The position numbers and the translations under genes are program-made. The notes under the pieces are model-generated. The model worked only from the letters and a program-made list of their open reading frames with translations. It did not search any database and was not told the origin of the DNA. From positions 425,533 through 489,532 of the forward strand of contig ML992515.1 of assembly GCA_010093995.1 (NCBI GenBank): 64,000 bases of DNA, in the 5' to 3' direction. Position 1 is the first letter of the stretch. The number at the start of each line of letters is the position of its first letter. Source of the DNA: Elsinoe ampelina. Taxonomy: Eukaryota. Below, one piece after another: positions 24,101 to 38,299 of this stretch.

Positions 24101-27100
24101 AGCTCTTAATAGCGTTATTTAAGAGGTCGTAGAAAGGAAAGCAATTAGCACTCTAGAAGTAGGCTGCCCTAGAACAAAAGGTATTTAAGGCTATTTAGAA
24201 GGCCTTTACCGAGGCGCTAGTACTTAGGCACTACGAGCCGTCTAGGCTAATTAAGATTAAGACTAACGCGTCTAAGTAGACACTTAGAGCAATTATCTCC
24301 TAGTTAGTTCCAGTTAGGGACACTAGTAAATAGCACTCTATTACTTTCTAGTCTTATAAGCTACTCTCTATAGAATAGAACTACGAGATCTATAATTAGG
24401 AGCTTCTCTCTATTATAGAGACATTTAAGCAGTAGAGACACTACTATAAGGGTACTCTAGACCTAGTCTAGGTAATCTCTAATTATAATAACCTAAGGTA
24501 CTTTATAACGACTAAGTATTTAAACGGTCGCTAGGCCTAGTAGGCTATATATCTATAGGTATTTAACTTTATAATTAAGTACTACGTAGGCTTTAAGAAC
24601 CTAGCGGATACTCCCTTATATCGTCTAGACCTAATAGTAGATAAGACAGGCCTTATAAATAGCCTACTAACTTTGTAGTTAAAGCTAGAGGCTAGCTAGC
24701 TAGCTATAGGTAGTATAGTGTAGCGAATCTGCATATCCTTACTAAAACGCTTAAAGGGCACTACTTTAGAAGAAGGTATAGACGTAACTGTCTACGTAGT
24801 ATACACTAGTTGTTTAGACACGAACGAGGACTAGAGAGACCTCGAGAGGTTTCTAGAAAATAAGTCTAAACACAAAGAAGACGCTAAGGACGCTAGGGGT
24901 AGTTCCCTAGAAGCTAACTAGCCTAACTAGCTACAAAGTAAGTAGTTAAAGCATAGGGAGGCAAGGCTATACTAATTAGACACGATGCTAAGATTAATAC
25001 CTTATATCGCTACTATAGTAGTAATAGAAGAGGAAAATCTATAGAGAGAGAGTTCTAGTAACTAGCTTCTCGAAGCTATCTATAGTCTATAGAAGTAGAA
25101 TTTAATAGTGTAGTAGCGCGCGAACCTCTCTATTTAGAAAGCTAATAGAGGCTCCTTAGTATAGTATTAGAAGAGTAAACTTCTATATAAGGATAATACC
25201 GTATATGTACTAGAAGATATAGCACTCTATATAGAGTTACTACAGTAGTACTATAATAAGTTTAATAGTAGTTACTTCGCTTATAATAAAACATATAAAC
25301 TCTTAGCTAGAAAGTACTACTAGTCTAGTATATATTACAACGTCGATAACTATATTAAGACGTGCTATGTTTACTAAACTATAAAGACTTAGACCTATAC
25401 CTCTTATAGTAAGCTTACAAATTTGCTAATGCCTAAGGCGCTATAGAAAGAGTTAACGATAGACTTTATTATAGATATACCTCTAAGTAAGCTAAATAGC
25501 GTCGTGTATAACGTAGTACTTATAGTAGTAGATCGACTTACTAAGATAGTAAAGTATATCCCGTGCTAGAAGACAATTATAGCCTAGTAGCTTACCGAGC
25601 TATTTTTCGATCGAATTATACTAGAGTATAGTGTTCTAGAAGGAGTAGTATTAGACTATAGAACAGTCTTTACTACGGCCTATTAGTAAATGTTTACCTA
25701 CGAATTATAATTCGTAAGGCGTTTATTAACTACTTTCTACCCTTAAACGAATAGATAAATAGAACAACAAAATAGATCTCTAATCTAGTATCTACGCTAT
25801 TATAGAGCGTAGAACTAATTAGATTAGTCTCGCTAGTTAAAGATAGCAACTTACGTAGTAAATATCTCCTAGAACGAGACATTATAAATGTCCCTATTCG
25901 AGATGTATACTAGTAAGAATGCTAAGAGAGATTCGAATAGGGACTAAGAGCGTTCCTCTTAGAGGAGAGTACTAGCTATATAAGATTATATAGCTGCCCT
26001 AGTCTCGATAAGGTAGGGCTTATAGAAGCGCTAGAAGTAAGCTTAGGAGTAGTAGAAGGACTCCTATAATAAGTAGCGTAAGCTAATGTTCTTTAATATA
26101 GAAGATAGAGTTCTTCTATCTACTAAGAACCTAAGGCTAAAGGTGGTAAAATACAAGCTAGCGCCGAAGTACTTTAGACTATTCGAGGTGCTAGATTCTA
26201 TAGGAGCCTAGGCATACTAGTTATAGTTACTAGAGGGGTCCTATATCTACGACGTGTTCTACGTCTTCTTACTTAAGCTATATAACTCCTATAGAGGTAC
26301 CGAGGTAGATCTAAGACTAGTCGAGGTAGATAATAGTATAGAATATAAGGTAGAGTAGATCTTAGAGCATAGTTAGTAGAAAGAAGGCACGTTCCTAAAG
26401 GTGCTCTAGAAAGGCTATACTCTATTAGAGGCGACCTAGGAACTAGAAGAGGTATTAGAGAAAACTTTAGAGGTAGTAACTAAGTACTAGGTAAACGTCG
26501 GCTAGAAGGCTAATAGAAGAGTTATAAAGAGAGCATAGAGGTAAACACGGGTAGTATAGACTATATATTCTAAGAATCTATCTACTATAACTCTCTAACT
26601 CTATACTTAGAGTACTAACTACCTAGTCTTACTTAGTGCTACTCTACTTAGTAGTATAGAGAGTATTCTCGTACGTATCTTAGTAGGTAGTAACAATAGG
26701 GTTCTCTACTCTAGACCTTAGCTATAGGTTAGCCTTATAAGCTACTAGATTCTCTATAGTCTTATTACTAAAGTTAAGTATCTTATAGGTACTAATAGTA
26801 AAGGCGTAGAGATTATCTATAGAGAGGACAGTAATAAGAAAGTGCCTAATAGTGTAGTAGTAGTTAGCTACGGCCTAACGAGCGTTACTACCCTTAGGGA
26901 GCTTAAGAGACTTAGCTAGTAGGTCGACGTAACGCTAACGAGCCTTATCGCTACTAAAGGACGTAAGGGAGCAAGTCTTAAGAGCGAAGTAGTTAACTAC
27001 GGAACTAGTATAGAAGCTAACTAGATTACTAGCGGAAGCTTCGTAGGCTTAGGCACTTATAGGCAAATTACGCCTAATAGTACTACTAGGAGAGACAAAG

Positions 27101-28652
27101 CCCTTGTTATTACTATTAGCGTTAGTGTCGGCTATATTAGTATTATAGTTTAAGCAGGAAAAGTAGTAGATAGAGGTAGCTAGTATAGTAGCCTAGGTGC
27201 CCTTACTAGAGAATATAGTAGGCTTCTTAGCTAGGGTAGCAAGTTTCTTAGCCTTAGGCTTCTTAGGAGTAGTAGGCTTAATAGGCTTCTTAGGCTCTAG
27301 AGACCTAGTAGCCTTCTTAGCCTTATACTTCTTTCTATAGATATCTACGCGGAAGAGGGTTAGAGCTACTAGGAGGTTCTTACCGGAGTAGTGCTATAGA
27401 TAAGTTAGCGGTAAAGAACACTCTTAATAAGGTTAATACCTATAGCGTAGAGAATAGTAGTAACGTCTTCGATAGTAAGGTATAAGCTATATATTTTAGT
27501 AACCTTAGTGTACTCTAAGTCCTCTCTCTAGAGAGAGGTAATATTAGTACTAGCGTAAGTGTCCTATATACTCTTAGTCTACTTACGTTCCTTAACGAGG
27601 TTTATAGCCTCGATATACTTATTAGTATAGTAGTTATACTTCTCGATAGATACGAGGTTAGCGGAGTTCTAGGAGACGTAGTTATAGTACTAGATAGCGC
27701 TATAGGCGTTATTAACGCGGTCTAGTAGAATAGCGTCGTTAATGTTATAGTAAGTAACCTTTACGTACTTATAGTAAGTATAAGTCTTAGTAACCCCTAG
27801 GTCGTAGTTATAGGGAGTATCTAGCGGATATTAGTAGCGCCTCTAGAGGACTACTAGTAGAGTGCTAGAGACTTACTAATTATATCTCCGACGTAGTTAC
27901 TATAGTAGTAGTAAGGGGTAATATATAGTAGTAGCGCCTAAGAAGCTTTAGGAGCTATAGTACTTACTAAGGTATTCGAGAAGCTATATATAGAAAGGAC
28001 TAACGTATTAAGGCGTAAGAGGTGCCTATATAGGCGCGTTCTATTTACTATATAACACAATAAACACGGAAAGTAGATCTATACGCGTCGCTATCTCCTA
28101 GGAGGTAGTAGTATTATCTAAGGATTAACATTATAAAGTATCGATACGTAATACTCGCTTAGGACCTTTAAGGAAGTTCTACGTAGTAAACGAACTAATC
28201 CTATACATTTACTAAAGCGCTAGTTGTTTCTTAAAGCAATAAATGCTTTAGCTTATAATACAAAGAATAGCTATTAGAGGAGAGCTACGTTTGCCTTAAT
28301 ATATTAGTGTTGTTAGCAAATAAAGGCATAATAGATATAGAGAGTAAATAAAGAAGCTAAGTTCTTCCCCTATATAAGGAATACTAACTTACCCTTATAG
28401 GAGAGGCCTATAATAGCGATTAGAGGCCTACGAAGGATACGGTTTAATTAAGAGCGATTAAATATAAAGAGAGGATAATTATAGAGGAGACTCGGTATAT
28501 AGCTTCGGCTAAGTCTATTACGTAACGAACTCTCTCTAGCTGCCTTCTATATAGCCTCTAGCTACTACGAATAAAGGTAGCTATTAGTTTATCTATCTAT
28601 CTAGCTTATAGATATTAGTAGTTCTATACGTTACTATATACCTACTCTTATA
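21199..28652 (+). mobile_element. RIP-inactivated Ty3/Gypsy chromovirus 1 (7,454 bp), nested in the Copia RNase H region
   Basis: 173-bp LTRs at 21199-21371 and 28480-28652 with TSD AGTAG. Zinc knuckle near 22.52 kb, RT motif ILFVPKKDGSLRL near 23.46 kb, YLD(D>N) at 23,800-23,811, integrase, chromodomain EY(E)VE(Q)IL near 26.34 kb and a purine tract before the 3' LTR. Confidence 0.95.
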
Positions 28653-30554
28653 AGTAGCTTAAGTTTAATAATAAGATTTCTTAACTAATTAATCTCTCTA
28701 TAGGTCTTAGTAAGGGTAAGGTATTTAGCCTTAGTACTTAATAATATAATAATCTTCTATAGCTTTAACTTTTAAATAACTAGTATACTAAGTATATAAA
28801 TAATAGTACTAGATATAGATCTTATAGTTAATCTATCTCTAGCAAAGTCTAAGTTAAAGTAAGCCTTAATTATATTAACTAATAGTCTATTAGTCTTCTT
28901 AAAGGTAAGGCCCTTTATAATAGTCCTATTAATATACCTCTAGATCTACTTAGCTATAACTACATAAGCTATAGTTAGATTCTAAAGGAACCTAGCTAGG
29001 TAATTAGTAGTATAGCTAATATTAGGCCTTATGTTATTAGTGTAAGAACTAACGTAGTAAGTACGCTATACTAGCTTATCTCGGAGATACTATTCCCTAT
29101 AGAAGAATAAAATACTCTTCGCCTATATAATAGATAGAGTAGAGATTAGTCTTACGACAATCGAGGGTATACTAGTATAATACCTATTCTACTCCTATAT
29201 ACTTATCTTTCTAGCTTTAATATTCTACCTTCGTTACAATTCTAATCTCTCTTATATCCTATTAGATAGAGCTATACGGATAAGATAGCACTCTATACTT
29301 AGCGCTAGCGAAACAACTAACTACCGCTAGAGTAGTACTAGTATAGATAACTCTCTAATAGCTTAGCTATTAGCGAGACATTTACCGAATTAGCTATAAC
29401 TCTAGAGACAACTCCTATTAAAGATTACTAGGCTAGGGAAGAGCTAGCGCTAAGGCCGCACTATGCTAATATAGCTCCTATAGAAAGTATAGCTAATATA
29501 GGAAATAATACTATATATAAAGCACTTCTTGCTTATATTACTTAGCTCGAGAATATACTTAGTAGTCGCTTTCTAGTTATAGCGCTAGTGCTACGTAGTT
29601 ATTTTAATAATGTATAACTTAACGACATTTACCTAATAAACCTATAAATCGTAAGAGAGTATATACTAAACTTATACTACCTTAAGGCCTTAGAGTCTAC
29701 TATTATAGTAAGAGTTAAGGAATTTATATATATATATAATAATGTCTTTAAGATAGCGCCGAATATCTACTTTAAAGAAGTTACTTAGTACTATATAGCT
29801 ACTAGCTACTTAAAAGGTTAGCTTAGCTATAATTAGAACTCGTATACTAAGAGCGCTAGTGTTATACCCTCGTAGAGCCTAATATAGTTCTAGCTTTAGG
29901 ACTAAGCCTAGAGTTCTAAAAACTATAGTAATAGCTACGTAGTAAAGTTCTTTACGTTGTACTAGCGTAGAGAATAGTTAATTACTAATTTCTATATATT
30001 TCTCGATAGTTATAAGTTCTATATTAAGATAGCGCTACTCCTAGACAATGCCTGCTATATATAGCTTATTACCTATACTACGCCGGAGCTATACTCGGAA
30101 GTACTCTATTAAGGGAACTTACCCCTAATTAAGGTAGAACTTCTAGTATATCTATTCTATTTAGAGTAGAACCTACCGGGCTACTTTAACCCTATATAGA
30201 GGTAGTATAAGTATAACACTAAAGAGAAGACTAATACTTTTACTAAAAGGCCTTACTATAACGAAGACTATAAGGGCTAAAAGAACTAGTAGAGTAGCGC
30301 TAATACTACCTCTATAGCTCTCCGACCTAGTACTACTTACCCTTATAACATTTATAAGAGTCTAGACTATTAGGCGCTAAACTACCTCTAGAAGGACTCT
30401 TTAAAATAGATAGTGTTCTTACGTTTACTAATTCTAAGTAGCTCTAGCGCGATATAGAATATACGCTAAATTTGTACTACGTTACGAAATCTCTAACGCT
30501 AGGGAGCTACGTTAGACTACTTCTAAGTAACTAACTTAGTTTAACTTAGTTTAA

Positions 30555-32700
30555 TGTAATTCCCTAGTTACCCCTAGGTCCTACTTAGAAGTAATGTAGT
30601 TTTTCCCTATAGAAATCTAAAAACCTCTAATGCGTAGTAAATAGAGACGGCCTAATAGTAGATAGTATACTACGTGTATTTCTTATCTTAGTTTAAGCGT
30701 TTCTTAGTTCGCGAAGTAATTAGTTTATGTCTACTCTATAAGCTTAATAATATTAATTATAGAAATATTCTATTACGTAGCTTACCTTGTAGTATATATT
30801 ATATATGTCTATATATTATATAGACCTTATAATTCGTCTACTACGTCTAGAAAATTATATAAGGTCGCTAGAATATATATATTGCTTTATATTCTACCTG
30901 ACGCTACTCTCGATAATAATATATATACTATCTTCTTGTAATTCTATATTCTTATCCCTTAGTTCTATAAAAGTATCTCTATCTAGTAGATGTCTATCCT
31001 CCTTAATGTCTAAGATACTACTACTATACTTTAGGCTAATTCGGTACTATAAGACTAGTTTACGTAGTAGGCCTCTAAACTTCTTATATACGAAGGACAA
31101 AAAGTTTATCTACGTCTATATATCTAAGAAATTCTTCTACTATGCCTCGACCGCTAGCAAATCGCTATTAAGTTATCTGTCTTAGGACAGTATAGCACGT
31201 GTATAATTGAGTAGCCCGGGTAGATGTCGCTATTAAGTCTATCGATCCTTGTATATACTAACTACGACCTAACTTAGTTTAGTAGTAGTTAAAGTTACAA
31301 CAAGGTTGCTGTCTATATTAGGCATCTACGCTAGCTATACTTCTATCGTAGGAGTCGCTATAGAGCGATTTAGTACTTCGCTCCTATATATAAACTAAGT
31401 AGTACCTTAATACGCTATAATAGGGCATTTAGCCTTAATTAGACACTCTTCTCGATCTATTAGTATTAAACTTAAGAAGCCGATAGGAGAATTAAGCTTA
31501 CCTCTTAAAAGGTGCTTAGTAGAAGTATTTCGTACTAGTGCTATATAATAGCTATTACCCCTACTATTAGGCCTGTTATTATATACCTGACTTCTCTATA
31601 AGTTAGTTTAAAGTTAGGTAGGCCGAACTAAAACGAGAAGGTATATATGTACCTTTCCCTTATATCTTCTCTATCTAATAGTCCCTCTATAGTGTTAGTA
31701 TAAAGAGATATATTTAACACTACTACTACGATAGTAAGTCTATTTCTCTCGATATACTTAGTAAAGCTAAGTTTTAGCTAACGAAGGATAAGAACCTATC
31801 TCGAGCTAATCTACGCTAGGAAGTTATTCTAAATGCTTAGTTAGACATAATTAAGTTCTAAAGGTTCTATACGTTTAAATACTAGTGTTCCCTTAGGTAA
31901 GTAGGACTTAACCCTATCTACTTACTTAACTAAGAGTATATAAATCGTCGCTAGGAGGAAGGAAATAAGAAAGAGTATTAGTTCGTTAAAGTAATAGTAA
32001 GTACTAGCTATTATAGCTAAGCCTACACGTTCGACAAAGGCTACTTAGAAGGCTTTATATATTAAAGGACTCCTAAAGCATTTACGCTGCTATATATAAG
32101 TAATTAATTAATAAGTACATCTAGCGCGTACTAAATTGCTATCCTTATATTAGTACTTTCTTTTCTCTAGTAGCCTATATGCCTAATTCGGTAGCTCGCT
32201 ATTCTCTAGCTCCTTAGCTAGCTATTTATAGTAGAGTATCTTACTTACTATTCGTGTAATGTTATTATAACTATAGTAGAGCGCCTCTCGGAGCTATACG
32301 TATGTTAATAAGTAATTAGCTTTAGCTACGTAACTTACCTTACTAGCTATAACTACAGAAGGGTATTTGCCTATAGTCCTCTATAGATAAAGTACTAGTA
32401 GCTAGTTACGGACTAAGCGCTAGTACTATATAATTCGCGGGAGTAGCTATTAATTGTCTAATGTTAGTAATATTGTATTATAATCTACTCTAATAGCTAT
32501 ACTTATACGTAGATTATTACGTACTATCTTAAAAATGTTAAGATACTAGTTTAGTACGTTCTATTGCCTCCGCTTTACTATCTTAACTAGCGTAGAGGCT
32601 AACGTTAGACTGTTCTTATCGGGTTATAGCTCCCTTAAACTCGGATTAAGAGTAGTAATGTCTAATTTATGCCTTCTCCTTTATCTTTAATATTGTGTTT
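30555..32700 (-). pseudogene. Unidentified intron-containing gene relic(s) at the left end of the giant element
   Basis: Minus-strand frames broken only by TAA/TAG. GTAAG..CTAA..TAG intron-like signals near 32.3, 31.6 and 30.76 kb. Confidence 0.35.
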
Positions 32701-35290
32701 ATAGCCTACGTAGTTAGCTTAGTCTCCCTTAATGCTAAAGCCTTACTCTACTTTATCCTAGTTAAAATAACCTAAATTGTTATCTTTAGAATACTTATTA
32801 GTCTTATAGTCTAAGCTATATAGGCGCTAACGTGCCTAAGACATCTTAGTTCGTAATAGTTCTAATAAAGAGATATATAGGTATAAGAGAGTTAGTAAGG
32901 TAGGCTAGAATAATATATACTATAAGGGGGATAGATAGTTATCTTATGTGCGTTATAGTAATTTAGCGTTAGTTTAAGTTAGATAATAGCTTAGTTAGGT
33001 ATTTAAAGTGCATAACTTTCTTCTAATTAGAATTAGTTATATCTGCCTATACCCTAAGGTAATCTTAACTAGTAAGAGTATTAAATTAGACTTGTAGCTA
33101 GGTCTAACTCGTAGAGTACTAATTACTAGAAGCTAAACTAAAAAAGAAAGTTACTTAAACTTACTCGGACTAAATACTTAAACTAAATATAGTATTTGTT
33201 ATTAGGTTAAGTAACAATTAGAGTAGAAATACGTAGAGAGAAATTGTAGATTAAACTTAGACCGAGTAATTATATACTAATTTAAAAGACTATAGGAACT
33301 AGCTGTTATATATATAGATAGGTAGTATAATTTATGTAGTAGCTCTCTTATTAATTACGTTAGTAGTCCCCCCTTTGCCAAGTAGTATATCTTCTAAGTG
33401 CTAAAAGCATTAATTGCTTACTATCTCGCTGTCTAGGGTATCTAAATAAGACACGCTAGATAGAGTAGCTTATCTTTTGCTAATTATGTCGTAATAGAGG
33501 GCGAGTGTTAATTAGCTATTAGTAACTATATATAGTAATAGTAGAGTAGCACTATTAGTGTAGCGTCGTATACTCTTGTTTAATCCGAATAAGCCCCTTA
33601 AGACTCTACTAGTAAGGTCCGTAGAGGCGACGCTAAACGCGTAAAAAGCTTTACTAATATACTTCCTAAGTATATCGTTCTCTTACTAGAGTTATTTAAT
33701 TAAGCTTACGTTCTTCTCCGCTATTAATTGTAATTAGCCTACTTCCTACTAAACAAGTATAATGTCTTCCTCTAGGAGTTGCTATCTATTAAGCTATTTA
33801 GGCTACTAGGTCCTATGTCGCTTTTACTAGCTACTAACGTAATTATACTCTTCTCCGTATATATGTAGTAGAGAGCTTCTAATTTAAGCCTCTAGCTAGT
33901 TAGGGAGACTATTAGAAGACTATGCTTTAACACCTAAATAGATAAGAGAAGCCTATATACTTAATCCTATAGTCTAGATGTTAGCCGCTAGAGAAACAAG
34001 GTTAGTATAATTAATATCTATACTTAGGAGCCTAGCCGAAAGATACTAATAGACCTAATAGATTAATAGTAGGAGGATAGATAAGTAATTCCAAAGGGCG
34101 ATTTAGTTAAAAGATAAGAAAGAATAAAGCGTAGTAAACGAACTAAAACTCTAGGGTTTAGTAGTAGGTATAGCTTAGCGTAGATTGCCCTACTACTTTT
34201 TAGTTCGACTTAGTCTACTACCGGACTATTCTCCTTTATGCTTGCTTCGGCTAGATACTTTCCTTAATCTCGTTGCCTTATTAGAATATAAAGAGGTAAA
34301 CTATGTAATATCTTAGACAAGATAATAGCCTTAAACTAGATAGTATTCTCTATTATAGCGAAATGCGGCGTTCTATTGTCCTTCTAACCTATAACATTAC
34401 TTTGCTTATTATATATATAGTAGTCCGTTATAATCGATATTACTCTTAGCTAATTAAACTTAATATCTATATTCTCCTTAGACACGGCAGTTGTAGCTTT
34501 ATAATATATAAGTAGGAGATCTCTAATTAAGTAGATAGGACGTATCTCTCTATCCTTACGAATTACTAATAGTATATTATCTAGTTAATTAGAGAGTAAA
34601 GGCGCTTATAATTGCAATTAGTAATTCGAGGATTTATTCGAGGTAAGTGTATTAGTACTATTCTACGCTCCTCTAGGCTTATATAATCTTAAGTGTAACT
34701 ATACCCGCCGATGTCTAAAATTAGTATTTATCTTATAGATAAGAGCACGGAAGGTAGCTTAACTATTACTACTCTCTAAGAGCTCTGTTATATACCGAAA
34801 CGTACACCGAATATTATTACTATCTAGTGCTACTAGAAGTACCTTCTTCTCTAACCTTCTCCTATTAGAAATCGACCTAAATGTTCTTCTAACTATGCCT
34901 TTGCCTATTATAATATCCTCTAAGAGACTATATAAGTCTCTATAGCCTTTATCGTTAAGGGCGAGAGCTTACTTAATAGCTTTAATTAAGCATATTACTA
35001 GTTAATAAGAAGTAGATATAGGTGCAGCTACGGAGAGAAGGAGAGAGGTAAGAGTAGAAGAGTAGTAGTATAGGTAGCAATTCGGTGCAAGTGTTACTTG
35101 CGATAGATAAGCCTTAGATCTTAGTTTACTTATAAGAGAGACATACCGGAATTATGCTTAGTTATAATTAGTTAGCCTAAACTAACACTTGTAGAACTAC
35201 AAAGTTTAATATACTAAACTTTATCTCCTCTCGGTTTTATTATATGCTTATTATATAGCAATATAACTATATTACAAATACGATTTGTAA

Positions 35291-36055
35291 TAACGCCTTA
35301 GTTCGCGCTCTCCGCTTATACCGACCTAAACGTAGGTATTAGCGTCCCTAGTATAACCTTTTCTCTCCTTTCTATCTAACCTCGATAATAGCTAGCTATC
35401 TATTATAGTAGATTCCTACGCCTAGTACACTACAATTATTAATTGTTATATATACTATAGCGACTCTAATATTTACTTCCGCCTTACTACCGCTACCGCT
35501 TCTAATAGTATTCTCTATACTAGCTACGTCGTGTTTATAGAATTAACTACTACTAGTACCTAGTAGTTACGCTAGAGCAAATCTATTGTAGTATACCTCT
35601 CTATCTTGCCTACTACGCCGCTATAGGCTTAAGAGTGTATAAGGAGACTCCGATACCTCTTTCTCTCTCCCTGCTACTACTGCCCTCTATAGCTTCCTTT
35701 ACACTAGCTATGTATTATTAGTAGAATTAGCTACCGTCTCTACCTAGTAGCTATAACTAAGCGAATCTATCGCAGAGCATCTCCTAATCTTATAGATAGC
35801 GCTACTAGAGGTTCTAGCGTACGTAAAGAGAGTAGAGAAGCTAGCGTCTACCGGGGATTATCTACCTTATAGTATAAGAATATTAAGGAGAGAATTATAG
35901 AGGAACAACTAGTATAATAAAGAGGAAGAGATAGAGGCATATCGCGGGCAAAGATATATCTACTACCTCCTACTAGACAGTAGCTTACTATAGAGAGCAT
36001 TATAGGCGAAGCTATATTAGTAGTATTCTCTTTTATAATTACTTTTATAGCGGAG
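35291..36055. repeat. Direct repeat A, copy 1 (copy 2 at about 42,405-43,170)
   Basis: About 760 bp alignable base by base. Differences are mostly RIP transitions. Confidence 0.9.
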
Positions 36056-36806
36056 TTTTGTTATTAGTAGCGCTTTATTATAACTTTCTCGCGTTAGTAA
36101 TACACTTCTTTCTATGTAGATTATATATCTATTGCTCTAATCCCCCTTCTCTAACTAGTGAATAAAATCTCCTTGTCTAATACGTATAAGTATACTATAT
36201 ATCTTTCTTTATTCCTTGTTATTTGTCTTGTCTCCTGTCTACTATAAAGACATTAAGGTTGTTACTTTACACGATAATACTCTTTATTAAATAGTCTACT
36301 AGCTGTTTAGAGTATATATAACTTTATATATAGTACTAATATGTAAGTGTTTAGTATAGTTAATTACTTCGACACTAATTTTCTATAATAATTAGCACTT
36401 ATAACATTCTCTAATAGCTACGTTTTGTTTACTTACCTAATTTACGCCCTATAATATTTGTTAGTAGTAAACTAACTTATTTACTTTTAGTTCTAGTATC
36501 GACCTAATATTAGTAATTATTATATGTTACTATTAGCACGTACGAAACATAGACTTAGTTAACCTAGTTCACTTTTAGGTTAAGGCCCGAACTAGATCTT
36601 AGTTATAAGTATANNNNNNNNNNTATAGCATTTTAATATTATACTAGGTAGTAGGTATTTATAATTACTGCTATTTGCTCTATAGCGCTTAACTTACTAC
36701 GCTTAGTTCCTAGCTATATAATCTTAACTCCTCTAACCTTACCTGCCTTATATAACGCCTTTACTAGTAGACATTCTTATACTTATTAAATATATATAAT
36801 AGTACT

Positions 36807-38060
36807 ATACCGCCAAAGATAAAGAAGCTAAAGGTCGCTACTAAACCTATAGAAAAGATTCTACTTAATAACCTTATACTAGCTCTTGTTAAGAATGTAC
36901 TTTATAATAATAATGTTAGTAAGAAATCTATCTAATTCTTCTTTAATTAGGATAACTAGTAATACTCTACTACGTTTACGAGGATAAAGGAAATAATCTT
37001 AAAAGTCTTTACAGAATCTAATATTAAAATTAAGAAACAAGATAGAAGCGAGTTACGTAATTCTAAAGTGCTTAAGACACGCTTTAAAATTGAAACTAGG
37101 CTACTAAATAGCACGCCTAACGATTTTTAGCTCTTCGTTAACTAACTAGATTAGAAAGATCTAGACTAGTTTAAGGAGAACTTACGGACTATAGTTAATA
37201 TTAACAAGATAAAAGCTATATAGCGATTATTCCGAAATACTATATAATTAATAAGGGTAAATCTCCTATTAGTTAAAAGGGAAAGGACAACGTTGCTAGG
37301 CGAAGGAGGTACCTAGAGTCTATATCCTTTAGCTACCTCGTCTATATAGACACTAATACTCTTCTAAGTAAGAATACTGTCCTCGGAGAGATATATAACT
37401 TATATAAAGATAGGTAATAAGAGATTAAATTTATATATATAGCCTTGTTATAGAATATTTAGCTTTAACTAGAGGCTAGCGTCTAATTATGTCTAGATCG
37501 ATATTAAATTCGCTACGATCTAGATTATAGAAGTTATCGAAGCGGACACTATCCCGTATCTAATATTAAGAAAGAACATTCGCGTCTACGACTTAAGAAA
37601 GCCTAGTGCTAGCGAGAATAAGAATTGTTACGTTAATTACTACATTAGTAAGCTTAGGTAGATCCTTAACATTAGAGGTAATTACCTCTAACTCTACTAG
37701 CTTAATGCGTATAACTTTGTATAAGTCTTTACTATTAAAGACTCTTTCGATCTAGACGCCGCTATTACTAAGTATGTTATAACTCTTATCCCCGGTGCCT
37801 ATAAGATCTTTCTCTATCTTACTCCTTCTATAGTATTTATTAAAGATCTTCCTAACTTTATACGAAGTAAGTTTACCCCTTCTTTATTTATCTATATATA
37901 CTAACACTTATAGACAACTCTTATTAATATTATAGTAGCTAGCGACTACTTTCTATAGCCGAGGCTACTATAGAAGAGAACTCGGAAGTGTTTCTTACTC
38001 CTAAGAAGCTTCGCTTTATAGATATTAATACTAATAAGAAGCGTAAAGGAGATTAGTAGA
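36807..38060 (+). pseudogene. Unknown gene X, paralogous to about 44.4-45.25 kb
   Basis: Long frame broken only by RIP-type TAA/TAG stops (MPPKIKK...KKRKGD). The segment ATCTTTCTCTATCTTACTCCT near 37.8 kb matches ATCTTTATCTATCTTACGCCT near 45.05 kb. Confidence 0.45.
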
Positions 38061-38299
38061 AAGAGAATATTATAATATAGAACATTTAATACCCGCAATG
38101 GCGACTAAACTACTAAAGGTAAGAGCGGCGATGCTACTATATTTTATTTACTATTACGTTATTTACGAAACTATTTAGTTCTTAACTAATAAAGTTTTAT
38201 TTAGCTTGTTCTATCTCTAAGAGGCTATAGCCTCTATAAATTCTATAATTTCTATTATTGTTATTAGAAGTAAACTTACTTAATAGTTCTATAACTATA

